Shown in pieces: positions 40,104 to 47,808 of a stretch of 64,000 bases of DNA. The first letter of the stretch is position 1. The number at the start of each line of letters is the position of its first letter. The notes under the pieces were generated by a model. The model ran no database searches and had not been told where the DNA came from. It saw only the letters and a list, made by a program, of their open reading frames with translations. Position numbers and translations under genes: made by a program. The stretch is from assembly GCA_041661245.1 (NCBI GenBank), contig JBAZUY010000001.1, forward strand, positions 64,491 through 128,490, given 5' to 3'. Source of the stretch: an archaeon (GTDB taxonomy: Archaea > Iainarchaeota > Iainarchaeia > Iainarchaeales > JAAZKV01).

Positions 40104-40130
40104 GAATGGATACACAGTAGCATTTGTTAC

Positions 40131-41048
40131 ATGGACATACTAATACTCGCGGAGAAAAAGAAAAATGCTGAAATGTTCGTGAGCGCAATTAAGGCAAAAG
40201 GCCATAATGCAACCTATATTCGCTTGTCCAAAATAATATTAGTCAGCAAACAAAATGAGAGCTTAATAAAATCTAAGGGAGAGGAATTAGCCCCCTATGA
40301 TGCAGTATTTATCCAAGCAAGAACTACCCTTGCCCCATTCATAGAGCCATTACTTGACCAATTAGAATCAGAAGGCTGCTACACCACTTCTAAAAAAGGC
40401 TCGTATTATATTGGAATGAACGAACCATACCAATTTGTAACCCTTTCTGTTGCAAAAGCACCAATACCAAAATCAATTACTTCAGGAAATGCAAAAAACA
40501 TTGAACACTTGTCAAAAAAACTAACTTACCCGTTACTTGCAAAATCCTTTATTGGAAGAACTGTCCAACAAGCAATCGTAGTAAACAACGCAAGAGCGCT
40601 AAATAGTTACATTAAAAGTATAAAAACAGAGATTGACGGATTCATGTTACGCCAATTCTCCAAAGCAGACATCATTTCGAGTGTAATGATTGGAAAAAAA
40701 ATATTCTCGGTGAAAAGAAAATTTACTGACGGAATAACTGCTGAAATTAGCGAAGGAAAAATTTACAAAGTAAGTGAGAGTGAAACAAAAACCATTTTCT
40801 CAGCAGCAAAAGCCTGCGGGTATGATATTGCAAGAGTAGATTTGTGTAAAGGAAAAATTGTGAAAGTTGATCCAATAATACCTTGGACGGATTTTAATAA
40901 GATTTGCTCAGAAAGAATTGAAGATTATGTGGCGGATTTTTTAATTGAACAAGCTATCCAAAATGAAGGAAAAAGAAAAGTTAAATATGATTTCCTAGGA
41001 TTAAGAAAAATATTTGGAAAAACTATTCTTGGGTGGTTATTCAAATGA
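40131..41048 (+). CDS. RimK-like ATP-grasp paralogue, apparently degenerate
   Basis: Same length and segment order as the next gene (YPLLAKS..., MIGKKIFSVKRK, YDIARVDL). It lacks the Gly-rich loop and the E-x-N Mg site (VKVDP instead). Confidence 0.6.
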   Translation: MDILILAEKKKNAEMFVSAIKAKGHNATYIRLSKIILVSKQNESLIKSKGEELAPYDAVFIQARTTLAPFIEPLLDQLESEGCYTTSKKGSYYIGMNEPYQFVTLSVAKAPIPKSITSGNAKNIEHLSKKLTYPLLAKSFIGRTVQQAIVVNNARALNSYIKSIKTEIDGFMLRQFSKADIISSVMIGKKIFSVKRKFTDGITAEISEGKIYKVSESETKTIFSAAKACGYDIARVDLCKGKIVKVDPIIPWTDFNKICSERIEDYVADFLIEQAIQNEGKRKVKYDFLGLRKIFGKTILGWLFK

Positions 41049-41974
41049 CTCCCACAAAAATAATTTTCCCAGAACACACTCAAATACAAAAAGAAAATAA
41101 GAGTCTTTTAATAATCGGGTCAAAAACTTACAAACAATCAACCGTAAACATGCTTCTTGAAGAAGCAAAAAAGAAATTTTCAAATGTAATGTTTGTCCCA
41201 ATCGACAAAATACAAATACTTTCAGTTGAAGGAAAAACTGAACTCATTTACAAGGACAAAAACCTTCTTGAATTTGATGCAATTTACCCAAGACTTTCTT
41301 CAAGAGACTTTTTACTAGGAGAAGCGGTACTGAAAACAATTGAGAATAGCAAAGCATACTGCCCAGTAAATCTATCTGCATACCAAATATCAAATCATAA
41401 ATTTTATACCTCAAAAAAATTATCAAATCAAGGAATACCTGGGATTACAAGTACTTTATTTATTTCCCCAAAATATGCAGATTATGCCGTGGACGAAACA
41501 GGGTATCCTTTTGTAATGAAATTAATCTCAGGATTTGCAGGAAAAGGAGTTGTATTAATTAACTCTAAAGAACAAATGGAAAGCATACTTGAAGCAGTAC
41601 ACCTCTTTGAAGAATTTATTTCAACCCAAAAATTCATTAAGGGAAAAGACTCGGATGTACGATGCTATGTTATTGGAGATTATGTAATTGCAGTAAAAAG
41701 AAAATGTAAAAAAGGAGATTGGAGAGCAAACATTTCAAGAGGAGGAAGTGCAAGTCTAATTAATCCAACTCCCGAAATGCTAAATATTGCAAAAACAAGT
41801 GCAAAAGCACTTGGAATGGATTTGTGCTCAGTAGATTTAATGGAATACAAGAAAAAATGGGTAGTAATAGAAGTAAACTTTATGCCAGGACCTTTTAGAA
41901 AATTCCTCGGAAGCATGATTGCACAACAATGGATAAGATTTTTGTTTGAAAAATCAGGTAAGAACCAAAAATAA
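41045..41974 (+). CDS. RimK/LysX-type ATP-grasp amino-acid ligase
   Basis: YPFVMKLISGFAGKGVVL, DVRCYVIGDYVIAVKRK...GDWRANISRGG, and DLCSVDLME...VVIEVNFMPG. ATG 41045 overlaps the upstream stop (ATGA). Confidence 0.8.
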   Translation: MTPTKIIFPEHTQIQKENKSLLIIGSKTYKQSTVNMLLEEAKKKFSNVMFVPIDKIQILSVEGKTELIYKDKNLLEFDAIYPRLSSRDFLLGEAVLKTIENSKAYCPVNLSAYQISNHKFYTSKKLSNQGIPGITSTLFISPKYADYAVDETGYPFVMKLISGFAGKGVVLINSKEQMESILEAVHLFEEFISTQKFIKGKDSDVRCYVIGDYVIAVKRKCKKGDWRANISRGGSASLINPTPEMLNIAKTSAKALGMDLCSVDLMEYKKKWVVIEVNFMPGPFRKFLGSMIAQQWIRFLFEKSGKNQK

Positions 41975-42036
41975 ACCAAGAGTCAAATAAAAAGCAATAT
42001 TAACTTCGCGTATGCTTACATATTACAGGCGATATT

Positions 42037-43173
42037 ATGCGATTTTTCAATTACACCCTTATTGATCAAAAAATCTGCCAACTAGCCGGCGCTATTGAAA
42101 CTAATCTACTAACTTACATTAACCCTCAAAATCTTGGAGAACAAAAGAAAAAATTCTTTGAATCCTTAAACAAAAATGAACAATATAACCCAGTTTTTAC
42201 TTACGCGTCAAGAAATCCACTTTATACATATTTTGACATGAATCCCAATTTTAAAATATACCAAAATGAATTAAAGGAATTAATTAAAGACCTCGGGGAA
42301 GACTCATTAGGAATAATATTTGAAAAAAAAATAATTGATCTTTTTGAGAGAATGGAACTAGTACGAAGCGTAGGAACCGAAAACTTTGCAGGAAACTCCG
42401 AATCCTATTATGGCACTGTGGACCCCCAAACATTAAGAAGAGCTAAAGAGTTATTGTCAAAAGAAATTGTTCTTGAGGAGAAAAAAATTCACTTTGATGA
42501 AGCGAAAAAAGTAATTGAAGCATTTTTGAAAAAGAAAAAACTCAATTACAAAGTAAAACAACGAGAAACTGAAAACGGAGCAAAATTTTCAGTAAATATA
42601 AGAACAAAAGAAATCTTCATTAACAAGGATGTGTTCTTTTCTGAAAATACACTCCGAAGACTTATTGCTCACGAAATAGAAGGACACGTTTACCGATATG
42701 AAAATGGACTCCTGCAGCCATATGGAATATTTTCAAGAGGATTATCAAAAGAAACACTTGAAACGGAAGAAGGCCTTGCAGTTTATATTGAACAACAACA
42801 AAAAATTAATATTGATGCCCAACTCAAAGAATATGCTGGAAGAGTCATGGCTATTACTACCGCATCAAAGAAAAGTTTCTTTGAAACATTTGAAGAAATG
42901 AACAAATACTTTTCACAAGAAGACTCCTTCACACTCGCGCTCCGAGCAAAAAGAGGAACATGGAAACAAGATGTTGGAAGTGCTTTTACAAAAGATGCAC
43001 TTTACTTAAAAGGGCTGCTATTGGTTGAAGACTTTTTGAAAGACCAAAAAGTTGAAACCCTTTACCACGGAAGATATTCCATAAACGACACCCCATTGGC
43101 TTTGGATATTGCGGGACTTGTAAAACCAGCACATCTGCCAGAGTGCTTAAAGAAAGAGAGCGCGAGAACATGA
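42037..43173 (+). CDS. DUF1704 / QEGLA-motif (MATCAP-like) metallocarboxypeptidase-family protein
   Basis: RRLIAHEIEGHVYRYENG and ETEEGLAVYIEQ (QEGLA-type motif). Confidence 0.7.
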   Translation: MRFFNYTLIDQKICQLAGAIETNLLTYINPQNLGEQKKKFFESLNKNEQYNPVFTYASRNPLYTYFDMNPNFKIYQNELKELIKDLGEDSLGIIFEKKIIDLFERMELVRSVGTENFAGNSESYYGTVDPQTLRRAKELLSKEIVLEEKKIHFDEAKKVIEAFLKKKKLNYKVKQRETENGAKFSVNIRTKEIFINKDVFFSENTLRRLIAHEIEGHVYRYENGLLQPYGIFSRGLSKETLETEEGLAVYIEQQQKINIDAQLKEYAGRVMAITTASKKSFFETFEEMNKYFSQEDSFTLALRAKRGTWKQDVGSAFTKDALYLKGLLLVEDFLKDQKVETLYHGRYSINDTPLALDIAGLVKPAHLPECLKKESART

Positions 43174-44240
43174 TTTCAATAGATGATTCAACGAAAATCA
43201 AAAACATTAAACCACTTACTCTTCAAGCCCTACAAAAAGTGTTTGACCTCTATGAGATTACCCCGAAAAGCAATGTGCTTTTGTGGAGCAATACAAGCAA
43301 AAATAAGGTTTCTGAAAAACTAGCAAAAACATTTCTCCAAAGACTCAATCAACTCGGGTGCACCACATCTGTAATAATTGAAAAAGAAAAAACAAAACTG
43401 GGCCCAGCATCAAAAAAAACCCAAAAATGTATTCTTTCATTGACCCAGGGGGATATCTTTATTTCAATAGGCGCAGGAAATAGGGGATACGTGGAACAGA
43501 ATGGAAAACATGTTTTAATGAGAAAACTCATGAAAAAACAAGGGTTTAGGATGGTTTCTCTTGGAGGACTGGATTCAATAAAACTGCATAGAATAAATTC
43601 ATTTTTTGAAAGTTTTAATCATAATCAAAAAGAAATTAACTCCCTCAATAAAAAAATCAAAAATCTTTTAGAAAAAACAAAAACAATCAAAATTACTTGC
43701 CCAAAAGGAAGTAACTTAACAATGGAACTTAATAAAAACCCCGTGATTTCAAACGATGGAAACTGGAAAAAATACTCCACAAACTACCCAATAGGCGAAG
43801 TATACACCGCACCGAAAGAAGATTCCTGCAATGGAATTGCATTTGTTTCAAGCGCAAAGGTTTCTGGAAAAACTATTCTGCCCAAAAAACCAATAAAATT
43901 TATTTTTGAAAAAGGCTTACTTAAATCCACAAATAGCAAAGAAATTAACTCAAATCTAAAATATGTGGAGAAATTCAATAAAAAAAATAATATATTAAAT
44001 TGGAAAACCGCACCCCGAACAATTGCTGAGTTTGCTATTGGAACAAATAGAAAAGCAAGTATTGTGGGCGCAATGATTTGTGATGAAAAAACTCTGGGCA
44101 CTTGCCACTTTGCCATAGGAAACAATAAACACCTTGGAGGAAAAACTTACTGCCACGGACACTTTGATAACGTAATAAAAAATCCCACAATATGGTTTGA
44201 TGGAAAAAAAATAATGACAAATGGAAAACTTTTATTTTGA
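43170..44240 (+). CDS. M29-family aminopeptidase (AmpS/PepS-like)
   Basis: IAEFAIGTN...CDEKTLGTCHFAIGNN...HGHFD pattern. ATG 43170 overlaps the upstream stop (ATGA). Confidence 0.75.
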   Translation: MISIDDSTKIKNIKPLTLQALQKVFDLYEITPKSNVLLWSNTSKNKVSEKLAKTFLQRLNQLGCTTSVIIEKEKTKLGPASKKTQKCILSLTQGDIFISIGAGNRGYVEQNGKHVLMRKLMKKQGFRMVSLGGLDSIKLHRINSFFESFNHNQKEINSLNKKIKNLLEKTKTIKITCPKGSNLTMELNKNPVISNDGNWKKYSTNYPIGEVYTAPKEDSCNGIAFVSSAKVSGKTILPKKPIKFIFEKGLLKSTNSKEINSNLKYVEKFNKKNNILNWKTAPRTIAEFAIGTNRKASIVGAMICDEKTLGTCHFAIGNNKHLGGKTYCHGHFDNVIKNPTIWFDGKKIMTNGKLLF

Positions 44241-44254
44241 ATACAACAACAAAA

Positions 44255-44905
44255 CTAATCCAATAAATATTTTATGTTTTCATAAGTTGTCTCTTTAGGA
44301 GTAAGTACTAAATCTGCTTGGGAATAATCTTGTTCAAAAAAAACATTTGTTTTGATAATTAGGCATTTCATTCCCGCAGCTTTTGCGGCAGTTAAACCCA
44401 AAACTGAATCCTCCAGCACAAGACAATGTTTTGGATTAACTTTAAGTAGTTCAGCAGCTTTCAAGTAAGGATCGGGATTTGGTTTATGTTTCACTGTATC
44501 CTCAAGTCCGACTATTTCATCAAAATAATTTCTTATTCCAAAATCTTCAAGAATTTTAGTTGTAACCTCTCTTTTTGTTGAAGTCGCAATCCCTAACTTA
44601 TATCCCTTTTCTTTCAAAACCTTTGCTAACTCCACTACTTCTCTTACAAGACAATTCTTTGATAAAAGTGAATAATAAAATTCTCTTTGGATTTTTCTAT
44701 ATTCTTCCCAATCCACTGGATACTTTGAGAGTAAAAATTCTTTATAATGATCTGGAGATCTAGCATATATTTGCTTAAAATCAGTTTCATCAAAGTTAAA
44801 TCCAACTTTTTTTAAACCTTGTTTTATGGATTCTTTGTGAATCATCTCAGAGTCAATTAAAACTCCATCTCGATCAAAAATAATAGCTTTAATCATAAAA
44901 GTCAC
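44255..44905 (-). CDS. HAD-superfamily hydrolase (beta-phosphoglucomutase-like)
   Basis: IIFDRDGVLIDSE, ATST, and LEDSVLGLTAA motifs. Confidence 0.85.
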   Translation of the reverse strand: MTFMIKAIIFDRDGVLIDSEMIHKESIKQGLKKVGFNFDETDFKQIYARSPDHYKEFLLSKYPVDWEEYRKIQREFYYSLLSKNCLVREVVELAKVLKEKGYKLGIATSTKREVTTKILEDFGIRNYFDEIVGLEDTVKHKPNPDPYLKAAELLKVNPKHCLVLEDSVLGLTAAKAAGMKCLIIKTNVFFEQDYSQADLVLTPKETTYENIKYLLD

Positions 44906-44953
44906 AATAGTTAACTAAAAAACAACTAGTTTTCTTTTTGGATAAACCTTAGA

Positions 44954-44978
44954 CTTTTTCTTTTCGAAAAAGAAAAAG
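44954..44978 (-). terminator. Perfect 11-bp hairpin just downstream of tRNA-Leu
   Basis: ctttttctttt-cga-aaaagaaaaag. It is T-rich on the tRNA strand. Confidence 0.4.
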
Positions 44979-44985
44979 GCTTGGA

Positions 44986-45069
44986 TGCACGGGAACGGAA
45001 TCGAACCGTTGAACGCACTAAGCGACCAGATTTTGAGTCTGGTGGGTTTAACCGCTCCCCAACCCGTGC
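44986..45069 (-). tRNA. tRNA-Leu(CAA): tRNA-Leu (anticodon CAA), class II with long variable arm
   Basis: Hand-folded. Acceptor GCACGGG/CCCGTGC; anticodon arm CCAGA-CTCAAAA-TCTGG; variable stem CGC/GCG; T arm AACGG-TTCGATT-CCGTT; discriminator A. No encoded CCA. Confidence 0.9.
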
Positions 45070-45178
45070 AAATTGAATATCAAGAGCTTTGTTCTTGAAT
45101 AAAAAAAATAGATTTCGTTAGTTATTAAATACTGCGTGTTAGGGGCAAAAATAAGGAGATTTGCTTAATTAAACCTTT

Positions 45179-45595
45179 TTACTTAAATTCCAAAATATCC
45201 CTATATTTTACTAACGGAGTATCTTTTGATTTAATAAAAATTGACCCCTCTTCATTAGCCAAAAGCTCTTCAACAGAATTTGAACCCACTTTCAAATCCA
45301 TAATCGTTAATTCTTTCCCATTTAGTTTAGCCTTCATTTTTTTCTTTAATTTACCGCACTCAACAAACCCCAAAACCATTGTAAGAGTCCCAGTATCATA
45401 GACCCCCGAAACTTTGAATCTATTAAATTGTTTTGCTTTTTGTAAAAACACTTCTCCGGAAGTTTCTCTATCCTTCGCACCATTTTTTACATGATTAGGA
45501 ATTAGAACTGAAGAATCCTCTGCCCCGCCAAGAATCATATCCTCTTCGGATTGAACAGAATCATTCTTTTTCTTTAAAAAATCAAACAAACCCAT
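45179..45595 (-). CDS. Hypothetical protein
   Basis: 138-aa ORF. The C-terminal half is beta-barrel-like (GTLTMVLGFVECGKL). No firm family. Confidence 0.5.
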   Translation of the reverse strand: MGLFDFLKKKNDSVQSEEDMILGGAEDSSVLIPNHVKNGAKDRETSGEVFLQKAKQFNRFKVSGVYDTGTLTMVLGFVECGKLKKKMKAKLNGKELTIMDLKVGSNSVEELLANEEGSIFIKSKDTPLVKYRDILEFK

Positions 45596-45797
45596 AAACT
45601 AAAGATGCTTAGAAACAAATAAAAAGTCTGCCAAAGAGACAAAATACTCCAATTGCTATTTAACAATCAAAACAATGCTTAGGAAATCCTTTTGAGAAAG
45701 CCAACTACATTTATTGAGATAATGCCCACTAAACAGGCAGGATTAAATACTTGAAAAAGTAGAATTACTAATCGACTCTGTGCGAGGTGAAAAATAA

Positions 45798-45872
45798 ATG
45801 GCTCCAAAAAGTAAAGCAAAACCAAAAGCAAAAGCGGCTAAAAAAAGTGGCGGATGTTGCTGCTGCCAATAA
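45798..45872 (+). CDS. Micro-ORF: 24-aa polybasic peptide MAPKSKAKPKAKAAKKSGGCCCCQ
   Basis: GGTGA lies 7 nt upstream of the ATG. A perfect terminator hairpin starts 18 nt after the stop. An AT-rich TATA-like element lies about 50 nt upstream. Confidence 0.45.
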   Translation: MAPKSKAKPKAKAAKKSGGCCCCQ

Positions 45873-45889
45873 ATAAATTAAATTAATTC

Positions 45890-45912
45890 GCTGGAGTAAA
45901 AAAAACTCCAGC
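45890..45912 (+). terminator. Hairpin plus T7 run after micro-ORF 1
   Basis: gctggagt-aaaaaaa-actccagc followed by aactattttttt. Confidence 0.5.
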
Positions 45913-46035
45913 AACTATTTTTTTAAAAAATAATAAACGTGAGAAAAATATCTCTAAAAAAATACCAATGCTTATATATTAGATAAGGACTCTTCTGAAT
46001 AGAACTAATTTTTTTGGTTCAGGGGTGAAATAAAA

Positions 46036-46086
46036 ATGGCAGCAAAAAAGAAAAAAGCAGTTAAGAGAAAAGCTAAGAAAAAATAA
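46036..46086 (+). CDS. Micro-ORF: 16-aa polylysine peptide MAAKKKKAVKRKAKKK
   Basis: GGTGA lies 7 nt upstream of the ATG. TATA-like ttatatat at 45972-45979. Hairpin terminator downstream. Confidence 0.45.
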   Translation: MAAKKKKAVKRKAKKK

Positions 46087-46112
46087 TTTTCTAGTAAAAC
46101 TATTTTTTGTAA

Positions 46113-46136
46113 GGCGAAAGGATTTTTCCTTTCGCC
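46113..46136 (+). terminator. Hairpin after micro-ORF 2
   Basis: ggcgaaagga-tttt-tcctttcgcc, a 10-bp perfect stem, preceded by a T6 run. Confidence 0.5.
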
Positions 46137-46324
46137 AAAAATAAAACAGCAAAACAATTTTAACAAACTTCTCCAGTTAATTGCAAATATTGTATTTCAA
46201 CTGCAAAATAAATAAATTAATCAATAAATTTTTTATAATAAAACAAATAATTCATTATTGAAAAAATCTATCTGGTTTAAAATACTTTCATCATTCATTT
46301 ATTTATTGCCTTTAGTGGATTACA

Positions 46325-47749
46325 ATGTTTCAAAAAGAAGAACAAGAAAAAAATCACGATCAAAACTCAGAAAAAAATTCTGTTCAACAGGATTCTGAAA
46401 CTAAAAATGGTAACGGTAACGGACACGACGAAACAAAAGTAAAAACAAAACAACCTTTTGAATCAAAAAAATTCTTATTCGTTTCAATAGATGCACTAAT
46501 CACAGACATCGCATGGCAGGTAAAGAAAGAAGGACATGAGGTAAAATACTATATTGAAGACAAAGGCGAAAATGAAGTTGGGGACGGATTCGTTGAAAAG
46601 GTAACTGACTGGGAAAAAGAAGTTGATTGGGCGGATGTAATTGTTTTTGATGATGTTTTAGGACACGGAAAAAAAGCCAAAGCAATGAGAGATAGAGGAA
46701 AAAAAGTTGTAGGCGGAACACCATATACTGATCGATTAGAGGATGAAAGAGCATTTGGACAAGAAGAATTAGTGAAATACGGAATACCAGTAGCACCATA
46801 CAAAGATTTTACTAAATTTGATGATGCAATTCAATTTGTAAAGGATAACCCTGGAAAATATGTAATAAAACCAAGCGGAGAAGCGCAAAACAACAAAGGA
46901 CTATTGTTTATCGGTGAAGAAGAAGATGGAAAAGATGTTATCCAAGTATTAATGGATTACAAAAGTGCTTGGCAAAAGAAAATACCTGATTTTCAACTCC
47001 AAAAGAAACTCAGCGGAGTAGAAGTTGCGGTAGGAGCATTCTTCAATGGAAAAGAATTCATTTACCCAGTAAACATTAACTTTGAACACAAAAAATTATT
47101 TCCTGGAAACCTTGGACCCTCAACAGGAGAAATGGGAACTACAATGTTCTGGACTGGTCCGAACAAATTATTTAACTCAACTCTAAAAAAGTTCGAACAA
47201 AAGTTTGCAGAAGAAAACTATGTAGGGTATATTGACATTAATTTTATAGTAAACACTAACGGAATATATCCCCTTGAATGGACTTCACGCTTCGGATATC
47301 CAACAATAAGTATCCAGCAGGAATCATTCATTACCCCTATTGGAGAATTTTTATACGATTTAGCAAACGGTAACAACCCAAAACTTAAAGTAAAGAGCGG
47401 ATTCCACATAGGAGTAAGAATAGTAGTACCTCCCTTCCCATTCGATGATGACAAAACTTTTGAAGTAAAGTCAAAAGACTCAATAATATTTTTGAAGAAA
47501 CCAAATTATGAAGGAATACACTTAGAAGATGTAAAAATGGTTAATGATGAATGGCTAGTAACAGGAAACACAGGGGTAATACTAATCGTTTGCGGAAGCG
47601 GACAGACAATGAGACAAGCTCAAAAACAAGCATACAGCCGAATAAAAAATATTCTAATACCCCACATGTACTACCGAACAGATATTGGGGACAGATGGTT
47701 TGAAGACTCGGATAAATTAACTACTTGGGGATATTTAAGAGAAGCTTAA
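46325..47749 (+). CDS. PurD-like ATP-grasp ligase (divergent phosphoribosylamine-glycine ligase homologue) with low-complexity N-terminal extension
   Basis: Collinear with PurD by eye: LEDERAFGQEELVKYGIP, YVIKPSGEAQNNKG, FEHKKLFPGNLGPSTGEMG, EWTSRFGYP, GVILIVCGSGQTMRQAQKQAY...RTDIG. Confidence 0.8.
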   Translation: MFQKEEQEKNHDQNSEKNSVQQDSETKNGNGNGHDETKVKTKQPFESKKFLFVSIDALITDIAWQVKKEGHEVKYYIEDKGENEVGDGFVEKVTDWEKEVDWADVIVFDDVLGHGKKAKAMRDRGKKVVGGTPYTDRLEDERAFGQEELVKYGIPVAPYKDFTKFDDAIQFVKDNPGKYVIKPSGEAQNNKGLLFIGEEEDGKDVIQVLMDYKSAWQKKIPDFQLQKKLSGVEVAVGAFFNGKEFIYPVNINFEHKKLFPGNLGPSTGEMGTTMFWTGPNKLFNSTLKKFEQKFAEENYVGYIDINFIVNTNGIYPLEWTSRFGYPTISIQQESFITPIGEFLYDLANGNNPKLKVKSGFHIGVRIVVPPFPFDDDKTFEVKSKDSIIFLKKPNYEGIHLEDVKMVNDEWLVTGNTGVILIVCGSGQTMRQAQKQAYSRIKNILIPHMYYRTDIGDRWFEDSDKLTTWGYLREA

Positions 47750-47808
47750 TAATAACTGATTTCAAAAAATGTTTTTTTAACTAGTGCTCGACACGATTTT
47801 TGTGTTAA

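Noticed and set aside
43143-43169. GTG 43143 as the start of the M29 aminopeptidase (31-nt overlap with the upstream gene)
   Set aside because: ATG 43170 gives the ATGA stop/start overlap seen elsewhere in the operon. It also removes an implausible charged leader (MLKERERENM).
46036-46086. 16-aa polylysine ORF as ribosomal protein eL41
   Set aside because: As I recall it, eL41 is about 25 aa and Arg-rich with a conserved pattern (KWRKKR...RRLKRKRR). This peptide is shorter, Lys/Ala-rich, and lacks that pattern. Without a search I cannot equate them, so I report it as an unknown micro-ORF.
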